64,000 nucleotides of DNA, taken from the NCBI RefSeq assembly GCF_009914755.1, contig NC_060948.1, one strand, 5' to 3'. This document shows, piece by piece, positions 25,938 through 40,900 of this stretch. Origin of the DNA: the human T2T-CHM13v2.0 reference genome, Homo sapiens. A program made the translations under genes and the position numbers. The notes beneath the pieces were generated by a model. It was not told where the DNA came from, did no database searches, and saw nothing but the letters and a program-made list of their open reading frames with translations. Numbering within the stretch: position 1 is the stretch's first letter; each line of letters starts with the position of its first letter.

Positions 25938-28900
25938 GGCCTGGAATAAAGTGGAATGCTACGGTCTCGAATGGAATAAAAATGTATAGAATGGAATGCA
26001 ATGAAACGGAATCGAATGTCATAGAATGTAATGGAATGCAAAAAAATGGAATCCAAAATCATTGACTGGAAAGGCTGGGTGTCGAAAGGAATTGACTCCA
26101 ATGGAATGGAATCGAATGGAATGGAAGTGAATAGAATCGAACTAAATCGAATGGAATGGAATTGATAGGAACGGAATGGAAAGGAATGCAATGATTTGGC
26201 ATGGAATGGAATCGAATGGCATCGAATGGAATGGAATGGAATGCAATGGAATGGAATGTATTAGAATGTAATGAACTTTAATGGAATGTACTCGAATGGA
26301 TTCGACTGGAATGGAATGTTCTGGAAGTGAACGGACTCCAATGGAATGGATTCAAAAGGAATGGAATCGTACGGAATGGAATCTAATGGAATGGAATTAA
26401 ATGGAAATGAATCAAATTGAATAGCACGGAATTGAATTGAATGGAATGGAATGCAATGGAATCTAATGAAACGGAAAGGAAAGGAATGGAATGGAATGGA
26501 ATGGGCTGGAATGGAAAGGAATCGAAACGAATGGAATGGAATCGAACTGAAGAGACTGGAATGGAATGCACTGGAATGGAAGGGAGTGTAACGGAAGGTT
26601 CTCGAAAAAAATGGAATCGAATGGAATGGAATTGAATGGAACGGAATAGAGTCGAATGGAATTGAATGGAATGGAATGGACTAGAGTGAAATGGAATCGA
26701 ACCACAAGGAATGGACAGGAATAGAATGGTCTCGAATTGAATGGAATCGTATGGAATGGCATCAAACGGAATGGAATGGACAGCCACGGAATGGAATGCA
26801 CTCGAATGCAATGGAGTCGAAACTAACGGACTGGAATAGAATGGACTCGACTGGTAGGGACTCCAATGGAATGGAATCGAATGGAAGGGAATCGAACGGA
26901 AGGGAATCGAACGGAATGGACTCGAAGGGAAAAGACTGCAATGGAAAGGTCTCGAATGGAATGGAAATTAATGGAATGGAATGGAATCGAATGAAATGGA
27001 GTCAAAAGGAATGGAATCGAATGGCAAGAAATCGAATGTAATGGAATCGCAAGGAATTGATGTGAACGGAACGGAATGGAATGGAATCCAAAGGAATGGA
27101 ATAGAATGGAATGGAATCGAATGGAAAGGACTCGAATGGAAATCACTCGAATAGAATGCAATTTAATAAAATAGGATCAAATGTAATGGAATGGAATGGA
27201 AAGGAATCGAAACGAAAGGAATGGAGACAGATGGAATGGAATGGAACAGAGAGCAATGGTATAGAATGGAATGGAATCATCTGGAATGGAATTGAATGGA
27301 ATGGAATAACATGAAATGGAATGGAATGCCCTTGAATTAAATGGACTGGAATGGAATGGACTCGAACAGAGTGGAATGGAAAGTGTTGAAATAGAATGGA
27401 ATGGACTCCTTTGGAATGGTCTAGTATGCAATGCAATCGACTGGCAGGGAATCAAAAGGAATGTAATCGAATGGATTGGACTGGAATGCAATGGACTCGA
27501 ATAGATTGGAAACGGAATGCAAAGGAATGGAATGGAATAGTATGGAATGGAATGGAAAGGAATGGAGTGGAATAGACTAGAGTGGAATGGAATGGACTCA
27601 AAAGCAATGGACTGGAATGGAACTTTCTTGAATGGACTGGAATCAAACGGAATGGAATGCAATGCAATCAAATGGCATGGAATAAAATAGAATGAAAAAG
27701 AATCAAACGGAATTGAATCGAATGGAATCGAATGGATTGGAAAGGAATAGAATGGAATGGAATGGAATTGACTCAAATGGAATGGACTAGAATGGAATGG
27801 ATTCGAATGGAAGGCAAAGGAATGGAATCTATTGGAATGGACTGTAATGGAATGGAATGGAAGGGATTGGAATGGACTCGAATGGAATGGACTGCAATAG
27901 AAAGGATTCGAATGGAATGTAAAAGAATTGAATGGAATAGAACAGAATGGAATCAAATCGAATGAAATGGAATGGAATAGAAAGGAATGGAATGAAATGG
28001 AATGGAAAGGATTCGAATGGAATGCAATCGAATGGAATGGAATCGAACGGAATGGAATAAAATGGAAGAAAACTGGCAAGAAATGGAATCGAAATGAATG
28101 GAGTGTTATGGAACGGACTCAAAAGGAATTGAATGTAATAGAATGGAGTGGAGTGGACTCGAATATAATGGACTGGAATGGAATGAAATCACATGGAATG
28201 GGAACGAATGGAATGGAATGGAAAGGAATGGAATCAAATGGAAAGGAATCGAATGGAAGGGAATGAAATTGAATCAACAGGAATGGAAGGGAGTAGAATA
28301 GACGGTAATGGAATGGACTCGAATAGAATGCACACGAATGCTCAAATTGAATGGACTCGAATGGAATGGAAACGAAAGGAATGTCATCGAATGGAATTGA
28401 ATCGATTGGAATGAAATCGCATAGAATGGAGTGGAATCAAATGGAATTGAATCGAAAGGAAAGGAAGCGAATGGACTGAAATGAAATGGAATGGAATTGA
28501 ATGGAAAGTAATGCAATGGAATAGAATGGAACGAAATTTCACGGAATGGAATCAAACTGAATGGAATCAAATCAATGGAATCTAATCAAATGGAATGGAA
28601 AGGAATTGAATGGAGTAGATTGGATTGGATGGGATTGGAATGAAACTTACTGGAAAGGACTCGAATTTCATGAAACGGAATGGAATGAATTGGAACGGAA
28701 TGGACTCGAATGGAATGGAATGTCATGGAATGGCATCAAACGGAATGCCATCAAATGGGATGGAATCGAATGCAATGGAATGCTATGGAATGGAATGGAA
28801 TGCATTGGAATGGAATGTCCTCTAACGGAATGGATTCGGGTGGAATGGAATCGAATATAATGGAGTCGAATGAAATGGAATTGAAAGGAATGGGATCGAA

Positions 28901-31900
28901 TACAATGGAATATACTGGAATGTAACGTAATGAACTCGAATGTAATTGACTGGAATGGAATGTACATGAATGGAATGTAATCGAATGGAAAGTAGTCCAA
29001 TGGAATAGAATCTAATGCAATAAAATCGACTCAGATAGAGTAGAATGTAATGGAATGGAGTGCAGTGCAATGGAATGGAATGGAATGGAATGCAATGGAA
29101 TGGAATGCAATGGAATGGAATGGAATGGAATGGAATGGGATGGAATGGTATGGAATGGATAGTAATGGACTGGAGTGAAATGGACTGGAAAGGAATGGAC
29201 TCAAATTGAAAGGTCTCGAAAGGAATGGAGTCAAATGGAATGGTCTGGAATGGAATGAACACGAATGTAATGCAATCCAATAGAATGGAATCGAATGGCA
29301 TGGAATATAAAGAAATGGAATCGAAGAGAATGGAAACAAATGGAATGAAATTGAATGGAATGGAATTGAATGGAATGTGAACGAATGGAGTGAAATTGTA
29401 TGCAGTAGAAGAGAATAGAATGGAATGCAAGCGAAAGGAAAGGAATGGATTGGAATGGAATGGAATTCATTGGAATGGAAGGGAATGTAGTGTAATGGAC
29501 AGGCCTGGAATAAAGTGGAATGCTACGGTCTCGAATGGAATCAAAATGTATGGAATGGAATGCAATGAAACGGAATCGAATGTCATAGAATGTAATGGAA
29601 TGCAAAAAAATGGAATCCAAAATCATTGAATGGAAAGGCTGGGTGTCGAAAGGAATTGACTCCAATGGAATGGAATCGAATGGAATGGAAGTGAATAGAA
29701 TCGAACTAAATCGAATGGAATGGAATTGATAGGAACGGAATGGAAAGGATTGCAATGATTTGGCATGGAATGGAATCGAATGGCATCGAATGGAATGGAA
29801 TGGAATGCAATGGAATGGAGTGTATTAGAATGTAATGAACTTTAATGGAATGTACTCGAATGGATTCGACTGGAATGGAATGTTCTGGAAGTGAATGGAC
29901 TCCAATGGAATGGATTCAAAAGGAATGGAATCGTACGGAATGGAATCTAATGGAATGGAATTAAATGGAAATGAATCAAATTGAATAGCACGGAATTGAA
30001 TTGAATGGAATGGAATGCAATGGAATCTAATGAAACGGAAAGGAAAGGAATGGAATGGAATGGAATGGGCTGGAATGGAAAGGAATCGAAACGAATGGAA
30101 TGGAATCGAACTGAAGAGACTGGAATGGAATGCACTGGAATGGAAGGGAGTGTAATGGAAGGTTCTCGAAAAAAATGGAATCGAATGGAATGCAATTGAA
30201 TGGAACGGAATAGAGTCGAATGGAATTGAATGGAATGGAATGGACTAGAGTGAAATGGAATCGAACCACAAGGAATGGACAGGAATAGAATGGTCTCGAA
30301 TTGAATGGAATCGTATGGAATGGCATCAAACGGAATGGAATGGACAGCCACGGAATGGAATGCACTCGAATGCAATGGAGTCGAAACTAATGGACTGGAA
30401 TAGAATGGACTCGACTGGTACGGACTCCAATGGAATGGAATCGAATGGAAGGGAATCGAACGGAATGGACTCGAAGGGAAAAGACTGCAATGGAAAGGTC
30501 TCGAATGGAATGGAAATTAATGGAATGGAATGGAATCGAATGAAATGGAGTCAAAAGGAATGGAATCGAATGGCAACAAATCGAATGTAATGGAATCGCA
30601 AGGAATTGATGTGAACGGAACGGAATGGAATGGAATCCAAAGGAATGGAATAGAATGGAATGGAATCGAATGGAAAGGACTCGAATGGAAATCACTCGAA
30701 TAGAATGCAATTTAATAAAATAGGATCAAATGTAATAGAATGGAATGGAAAGGAATCGAAACGGAAGGAATGGAGACAGATGGAATGGAATGGAACAGAG
30801 AGCAATGGTATAGAATGGAATGGAATCATCTGGAATGGAATTGAATGGAATGGAATGATATGAAATGGAATGGAATGGAATGGAATGGAATGCCCTTGAA
30901 TTAAATGGACTGGACTCGAACAGAGTGGAATGGAAAGTGTTGAGATAGAATGGAATGGACTCCTTTGGAATGGTCTAGTATGCAATGCAATCGACTGGCA
31001 GGGAATCAAAAGGAATGTAATCGAATGGATTGGACTGGAATGCAATGGAATCGAATAGATTGGAAACGGAATGCAAAGGAATGGAATGGAATAGTATGGA
31101 ATGCAATGGAAGGGAATGGAGTGGAATAGACTAGAGTGGAATGGAATGGACTGGAAAGCAATGGACTGGAATGGAACTTTCTTGGATGGACTGGAATCAA
31201 ACGGAATGGAATGCAATGCAATCAAATGGCATGGAATAAAATAGAATGAAAGAGAATCAAATGGAATTGAATCGAATGGAATCGAATGGATTGGAAAGGA
31301 ATAGAATGGAATGGAATGGAATTGACTAAAATGGAATGGACTAGAATGGAATGGATTCGAATGGAAGGCAAAGGAATGGAATCTATTGGAATGGACTGTA
31401 ATGGAATGGAATGGAAGGGATTGGAATGGACTCGAATGGAATGGACTGCAATAGAAAGGATTCGAATGCAATGAAAAAGAATTGAATGGAATAGAACAGA
31501 ATGGAATCAAATCGAATGAAATGGAATGGAATAGAAAGGAATGGAATGAAATGGAATGGAAAGGATTCGAATGGAATGCAATCGAATGGAATGGAATCGA
31601 ACGGAATGGAATAAAATGGAAGAAAACTGGCAAGAAATGGAATCGAAATGAATGGAGTGTTATGGAACGGACTCAAAAGGAATTGAATGTAATAGAATGG
31701 AGTGGAGTGGACTCGAATATAATGGACTGGAATGGAATGAAATCACATGGAATGGGAACGAATGGAATGGAATGGAAAGGAATGGAATCGAATGGAAAGG
31801 AATCGAATGGAAGGGAATGAAATTAAATCAACAGGAATGGAAGGGAATAGAATAGACGGTAATGGAACGGACTCGAATAGAATGGACACGAAAGCTCAAA

Positions 31901-34900
31901 TTGAATGGACTCGAATGGAATGGAAACGAAAGGAATGTCATCGAATGGAATTGAATCGATTGGAATGAAATCGCATAGAATGGAGTGGAATCAAATGGAA
32001 TTGAATCGAAAGGAAAGGAAGCGAATGGACTGAAATGAAATGGAATGGAATTGAATGGAAAGTAATGCAATGGAATAGAATGGAACGAAATTTCACGGAA
32101 TGGAATCAAACTGAATGGAATCAAATCAATGGAATCAAATCAAATGGAATGGAAAGGAATTGAATGGAGTAGATGGGATTGGATGGGATTGGAATGAAAT
32201 GTACTGGAAAGGACTCGAATTTCATGAAACGGAATGGAATGAATTGGAACGGAATGGACTCGAATGGAATGGAATGTCATGGAATGGCATCAAATGGAAT
32301 GGCATCAAATGGAATGGAATCGAATGCAATGGAATGCTATGGAATGGAATGGAATGCATTGGAATGGAATGTCCTCTAATGGAATGGATTCGAGTGGAAT
32401 GGAATTGAATATAATGGAGTCGAATGAAATGGAATTGAAAGGAATGGGATCGAATACAATGGAATATACTGGAATGTAACGTAATGAACTCGAATGTAAT
32501 TGACTGGAATGGAATGTACATGAATGGAATGTAATCGAATGGAAAGTAATCCAATGGAATAGAATCTAATGCAATAAAATCGACTCAGATAGAGTAGAAT
32601 GTAATGGAATGGAGTGCAGTGCAATGGAATGGAATGGAATGGAATGCAATGGAATGGAATGGAATGGAATGGAATGGGATGGAATGGTATGGAATGGATA
32701 GTAATGGACTGGAGTGAAATGGACTGGAAAGGAATGGACTCAAATTGAAAGGGCTCGAAAGGAATGGAGACAAATGGAATGGTCTGGAATGGAATGAACA
32801 CGAATGTAATGCAATCCAATAGAATGGAGTCGAATGGCATGGAATATAAAGAAATGGAATCGAAGAGAATGGAAACAAATGGAATGGAATTGAATGGAAT
32901 GGAATTGAATGGAATGGGAACGAATGGAGTGAAATTGTATGCAGTAGAAGAGAATAGAATGGAATGCAAGCGAAAGGAAAGGAATGGATTGGAATGGAAT
33001 GGAATTCATTGGAATGGAAGGGAATGTAGTGTAATGGACAGGCCTGGAATAAAGTGGAATGCTACGGTCTCGAATGGAATAAAAATGTATGGAATGGAAT
33101 GCAATGAAACGGAATCGAATGTCATAGAATGTAATGGAATGCAAAAAAATGGAATCCAAAATCATTGACTGGAAAGGCTGGGTGTCGAAAGGAATTGACT
33201 CCAATGGAATGGAATCGAATGGAATGGAAGTGAATAGAATCGAACTAAATCGAATGGAATGGAATTGATAGGAACGGAATGGAAAGGAATGCAATGATTT
33301 GGCATGGAATGGAATCGAATGGCATCGAATGGAATGGAATGGAATGCAATGGAATGGAATGTATTAGAATGTAATGAACTTTAATGGAATGTACTCGAAT
33401 GGATTCGACTGGAATGGAATGTTCTGGAAGTGAATGGACTCCAATGGAATGGATTCAAAAGGAATGGAATCGTACGGAATGGAATCTAATGGAATGGAAT
33501 TAAATGGAAATGAATCAAATTGAATAGCACGGAATTGAATTGAATGGAATGGAATGCAATGGAATCTAATGAAACGGAAAGGAAAGGAATGGAATGGAAT
33601 GGAATGGGCTGGAATGGAAAGGAATCGAAACGAATGGAATGGAATCGAACTGAAGAGACTGGAATGGAATGCACTGGAATGGAAGGGAGTGTAATGGAAG
33701 GTTCTCGAAAAAAATGGAATCGAATGGAATGGAATTGAATGGAACGGAATAGAGTCGAATGGAATTGAATGGAATGGAATGGACTAGAGTGAAATGGAAT
33801 CGAACCACAAGGAATGGACAGGAATAGAATGGTCTCGAATTGAATGGAATCGTATGGAATGGCATCAAACGGAATGGAATGGACAGCCACGAAATGGAAT
33901 GCACTCGAATGCAATGGAGTCGAAACTAATGGACTGGAATAGAATGGACTCGACTGGTACGGACTCCAATGGAATGGAATCGAATGGAAGGGAATCGAAC
34001 GGAATGGACTCGAAGGGAAAAGACTGCAATGGAAAGGTCTCGAATGGAATGGAAATTAATGGAATGGAATGGAATCGAATGAAATGGAGTCAAAAGGAAT
34101 GGAATCGAATGGCAAGAAATCAAATGTAATGGAATCGCAAGGAATTGATGTGAACGGAACGGAATGGAATGTAATCCAAAGGAATGGAATAGAATGGAAT
34201 GGAATCGAATGGAAAGGACTCGAATGGAAATCACTCGAATAGAATGCAATTTAATAAAATAGGATCAAATGTAATGGAATGTAATGGAAAGGAATCGAAA
34301 CGAAAGGAATGGAGACAGATGGAATGGAATGGAACAGAGAGCAATGGTATAGAATGGAATGGAATCATCTGGAATGGAATTGAATGGAATGGAATAATAT
34401 GAAATGGAATGGAATGGAATGGAATGGAATGCCCTTGAATTAAATGGACTGGACTCGAACAGAGTGGAATGGAAAGTGTTGAGATAGATTGGAATGGACT
34501 CCTTTGGAATGGTCTAGTATGCAATGCAATCGACTGGCAGGGAATCAAAAGGAATGTAATCGAATGGATTGGACTGGAATGCAATGGACTCGAATAGATT
34601 GGAAACGGAATGCAAAGGAATGGAATGGAATAGTATGGAATGGAATGGAAAGGAATGGAGTGGAATAGACTAGAGTGGAATGGAATGGACTGGAAAGCAA
34701 TGGACTGGAATGGAACATTCTTGAATGGACTGGAATCAAACGGAATGGAATGCAATGCAATCAAATGGCATGGAATAAAATAGAATGAAAGAGAATCAAA
34801 TGGAATTGAATCGAATGGAATCGAATGGATTGGAAAGGAATAGAATGGAATGGAATGGAATTGACTCAAATGGAATGGACTAGAATGGAATGGATTCGAA

Positions 34901-37900
34901 TGGAAGGCAAAGGAATGGAATCTATTGGAATGGACTGTAATGGAATGGAATGGAAAGGATTGGAATGGACTCGAATGGAATGGACTGCAATAGAAAGGAT
35001 TCGAATGGAATGAAAAAGAATTGAATGGAATAGAACAGAATGGAATCAAATCGAATGAAATGGAATGGAATAGAAAGGAATGGAATGAAATGGAATGGTA
35101 AGGATTCGAATGGAATGTAATCGAATGGAATGGAATCGAACGGAATGGAATAAAATGGAAGAAAACTGGCAAGAAGTGGAATCGAAATGAATGGAGTGTT
35201 ATGGAACGGACTCAAAAGGAATTGAATGTAATAGAATGGAGTGGAGTGGACTCGAATATAATGGACTGGAATGGAATGAAATCACATGGAATGGGAACGA
35301 ATGGAATGGAATGGAAAGGAATGGAATCGAATGGAAAGGAATCGAATGGAAGGGAATGAAACTGAATCAACAGGAATGGAAGGGAATAGAATAGACGGTA
35401 ATGGAATGGACTCGAATAGAATGGACACGAATGCTCAAATTGAATGGACTCGAATGGAATGGAAACGAAAGGAATGTCATCGAATGGAATTGAATCGATT
35501 GGAATGAAATCGCATAGAATGGAGTGGAATCAAATGGAATTGAATCGAAAGGAAAGGAAGCGAATGGACTGAAATGAAATGGAATGGAATTGAATGGAAA
35601 GTAATGCAATGGAATAGAATGGAACGAAATTTCACGGAATGGAATCAAACTGAATGGAATCAAATCAATGGAATCAAATCAAATGGAATGGAAAGGAATT
35701 GAATGGAGTAGATTGGATTGGATGGGATTGGAATGAAATGTACTGGAAAGGACTCGAATTTCATGAAACGGAATGGAATGAATTGGAACGGAATGGACTC
35801 GAATGGAATGGAATGTCATGGGATGGCATCAAATGGAATGGCATCAAATGGAATGGAATCGAATGCAATGGAATGCTATGGAATGGAATGGAATGCATTG
35901 GAATGGAATGTCCTCTAATGGAATGGATTCGAGTGGAATGGAATCGAATATAATGGAGTCGAATGAAATGGAATTGAAAGGAATGGGATCGAATACAATG
36001 GAATATACTGGAATGTAACGTAATGAACTCGAATGTAATTGACTGGAATGGAATGTACATGAATGGAATGTAATCGAATGTAAAGTAATCCAATGGAATA
36101 GAATCTAATGCAATAAAATCGACTCAGATAGAGTAGAATGTAATGGAATGGAGTGCAGTGCAATGGAATGGAATGGAATGGAATGCAATGGAATGGAATG
36201 GGATGGAATGGTATGGAATGGATAGTAATGGACTGGAGTGAAATGGACTGGAAAGGAATGGACTCAAATTGAAAGGGCTCGAAAGGAATGGAGACAAATG
36301 GAATGGTCTGGAATGGAATGAACACGAATGTAATGCAATCCAATAGAATGGAGTCGAATGGCATGGAATATAAAGAAATGGAATCGAAGAGAATGGAAAC
36401 AAATGGAATGGAATTGAATGGAATGGAATTGAATGGAATGGGAACGAATGGAGTGAAATTGTATGCAGTAGAAGAGAATAGAATGGAATGCAAGCGAAAG
36501 GAAAGGAATGGATTGGAATGGAATGGAATTCATTGGAATGGAAGGGAATGTAGTGTAATGGACAGGCCTGGAATAAAGTGGAATGCTACGGTCTCGAATG
36601 GAATAAAAATGTATGGAATGGAATGCAATGAAACGGAATCGAATGTCATAGAATGTAATGGAATGCAAAAAAATGGAATCCAAAATCATTGAATGGAAAG
36701 GCTGGGTGTCGAAAGGAATTGACTCCAATGGAATGGAATCGAATGGAATGGAAGTGAATAGAATCGAACTAAATCGAATGGAATGGAATTGATAGGAACG
36801 GAATGGAAAGGATTGCAATGATTTGGCATGGAATGGAATCGAATGGCATCGAATGGAATGGAATGGAATGCAATGGAATGGAATGTATTAGAATGTAATG
36901 AACTTTAATGGAATGTACTCGAATGGATTCGACTGGAATGGAATGTTCTGGAAGTGAATGGACTCCAATGGAATGGATTCAAAAGGAATGGAATCGTACG
37001 GAATGGAATCTAATGGAATGGAATTAAATGGAAATGAATCAAATTGAATAGCACGGAATTGAATTGAATGGAATGGAATGCAATGGAATCTAATGAAACG
37101 GAAAGGAAAGGAATGGAATGGAATGGAATGGGCTGGAATGGAAAGGAATCGAAACGAATGGAATGGAATCGAACTGAAGAGACTGGAAAGGAATGCACTG
37201 GAATGGAAGGGAGTGTAATGGAAGGTTCTCGAAAAAAAATGGAATCGAATGGAATGCAATTGAATGGAACGGAATAGAGTCGAATGGAATTGAATGGAAT
37301 GGAATGGACTAGAGTGAAATGGAATCGAACCACAAGGAATGGACAGGAATAGAATGGTCTTGAATTGAATGGAATCGTATGGAATGGCATCAAACGGAAT
37401 GGAATGGACAGCCACGGAATGGAATGCACTCGAATGCAATGGAGTCGAAACTAATGGACTGGAATAGAATGGACTCGACTGGTACGGACTCCAATGGAAT
37501 GGAATCGAATGGAAGGGAATCGAACGGAATGGACTCGAAGGGAAAAGACTGCAATGGAAAGGTCTCGAATGGAATGGAAATTAATGGAATGGAATGGAAT
37601 CGAATGAAATGGAGTCAAAAGGAATGGAATCGAATGGCAAGAAATCGAATGTAATGGAATCGCAAGGAATTGATGTGAACGGAACGGAATGGAATGGAAT
37701 CCAAAGGAATGGAATAGAATGGAATGGAATCGAATGGAAAGGACTCGAATGGAAATCACTCGAATAGAATGCAATTTAATAAAATAGGATCAAATGTAAT
37801 AGAATGGAATGGAAAGGAATCGAAACGGAAGGAATGGAGACAGATGGAATGGAATGGAACAGAGAGCAATGGTATAGAATGGAATGGAATCATCTGGAAT

Positions 37901-40900
37901 GGAATTGAATGGAATGGAATAATATGAAATGGAATGGAATGGAATGGAATGGAATGCCCTTGAATTAAATGGACTGGACTCGAACAGAGTGGAATGTAAA
38001 GTGTTGAGATAGAATGGAATGGACTCCTTTGGAATGGTGTAGTATGCAATGCAATCGACTGGCAGGGAATCAAAAGGAATGTAATCGAATGGATTGGACT
38101 GGAATGCAATGGAATCGAATAGATTGGAAACGGAATGCAAAGGAATGGAATGGAATAGTATGGAATGCAATGGAAGGGAATGGAGTGGAATAGACTAGAG
38201 TGGAATGGAATGGACTGGAAAGCAATGGACTGGAATGGAACTTTCTTGGATGGACTGGAATCAAACGGAATGGAATGCAATGCAATCAAATGGCATGGAA
38301 TAAAATAGAATGAAAGAGAATCAAATGGAATTGAATCGAATGGAATCGAATGGATTGGAAAGGAATAGAATGGAATGGAATGGAATTGACTCAAATGGAA
38401 TGGACTAGAATGGAATGGATTCGAATGGAAGGCAAAGGAATGGAATCTATTGGAATGGACTGTAATGGAATGGAATGGAAGGGATTGGAATGGACTCGAA
38501 TGGAATGGACTGCAATAGAAAGGACTCGAATGGAATGAAAAAGAATTGAATGGAATAGAACAGAATGGAATCAAATCGAATGAAATGGAATGGAATAGAA
38601 AGGAATGGAATGAAATGGAATGGAAAGGATTCGAATGGAATGCAATCGAATGGAATGGAATCGAACGGAATGGAATAAAATGGAAGAAAACTGGCAAGAA
38701 ATGGAATCGAAATGAATGGAGTGTTATGGAACGGACTCAAAAGGAATTGAATGTAATAGAATGGAGTGGAGTGGACTCGAATATAATGGACTGGAATGGA
38801 ATGAAATCACATGGAATGGGAACGAATGGAATGGAATGGAAAGGAATGGAATCGAATGGAAAGGAATCGAATGGAAGGGAATGAAATTGAATCAACAGGA
38901 ATGGAAGGGAATAGAATAGACGGTAATGGAATGGACTCGAATAGAATGGACACGAAAGCTCAAATTGAATGGACTCGAATGGAATGGAAACGAAAGGAAT
39001 GTCATCGAATGGAATTGAATCGATTGGAATGAAATCGCATAGAATGGAGTGGAATCAAATGGAATTGAATCGAAAGGAAAGGAAGCGAATGGACTGAAAT
39101 GAAATGGAATGGAATTGAATGGAAAGTAATGCAATGGAATAGAATGGAACGAAATTTCACGGAACGGAATCAAACTGAATGGAATCAAATCAATGGAATC
39201 CACTCAAATGGAATGGAAAGGAATTGAATGGAGTAGATTGGATTGGATGGGATTGGAATGAAATGTACTGGAAAGGACTCGAATTTCATGAAACGGAATG
39301 GAATGAATTGGAACGGAATGGACTCGAATGGAATGGAATGTCATGGAATGGCATCAAATGGAATGGCATCAAATGGAATGGAATCGAATGCAATGGAATG
39401 CTATGGAATGGAATGGAATGCATTGGAATGGAATGTCCTCTAATGGAATGGATTCGAGTGGAATGGAATTGAATATAATGGAGTCGAATGAAATGGAATT
39501 GAAAGGAATGGGATCGAATACAATGGAATATACTGGAATGTAACGTAATGAACTCGAATGTAATTGACTGGAATGGAATGTACATGAATGGAATGTAATC
39601 GAATGCAAAGTAATCCAATGGAATAGAATCTAATGCAATAAAATCGACTCAGATAGAGTAGAATGTAATGGAATGGAGTGCAGTTCAATGGAATGGAATG
39701 GAATGGAATGCAATGGAATGGAATGGAATGGAATGGAATGGGATGGAATGGTATGGAATGGATAGTAATGGACTGGAGTGAAATGGACTGGAAAGGAATG
39801 GACTCAAATTGAAAGGGCTCGAAAGGAATGGAGACAAATGGAATGGTCTGGAATGGAATGAACACGAATGTAATGCAATCCAATAGAATGGAGTCGAATG
39901 GCATGGAATATAAAGAAATGGAATCGAAGAGAATGGAAACAAATGGAATGGAATTGAATGGAATGGAATTGAATGGAATGGGAACGAATGGAGTGAAATT
40001 GTATGCAGTAGAAGAGAATAGAATGGAATGCAAGCGAAAGGAAAGGAATGGATTGGAATGGAATGGAATTCATTGGAATGGAAGGGAATGTAGTGTAATG
40101 GACAGGCCTGGAATAAAGTGGAATGCTACGGTCTCGAATGGAATAAAAATGTATGGAATGGAATGCAATGAAACGGAATCGAATGTCATAGAATGTAATG
40201 GAATGCAAAAAAATGGAATCCAAAATCATTGACTGGAAAGGCTGGGTGTCGAAAGGAATTGACTCCAATGGAATGGAATCGAATGGAATGGAAGTGAATA
40301 GAATCGAACTAAATCGAATGGAATGGAATTGATAGGAACGGAATGGAAAGGAATGCAATGATTTGGCATGGAATGGAATCGAATGGCATCGAATGGAATG
40401 GAATGCAATGCAATGGAATGGAATGTATTAGAATATAATGAACTTTAATGGAATGTACTCGAATGGATTCGACTGGAATGGAATGTTCTGGAAGTGAATG
40501 GACTCCAATGGAATGGATTCAAAAGGAATGGAATCGTACGGAATGGAATCTAATGGAATGGAATTAAATGAAAATGAATCAAATTGAATAGCACGGAATT
40601 GAATTGAATGGAATCGAATGAAATGGAATCTAATGAAACGGAAAGGAAAGGCATGGAATGGAATGGAATGGGCTGGAATGGAAAGGAATCGAAACGAATG
40701 GAATGGAATCGAACTGAAGAGACTGGAATGGAATGCACTGGAATGGAAGGGAGTGTAATGGAAGGTTCTCGAAAAAAATGGAATCGAATGGAATGGAATT
40801 GAATGGAACGGAATAGAGTCGAATGGAATTGAATGGAATGGAATGGACTAGAGTGAAATGGAATCGAACCACAAGGAATGGACAGGAATAGAATGGTCTC

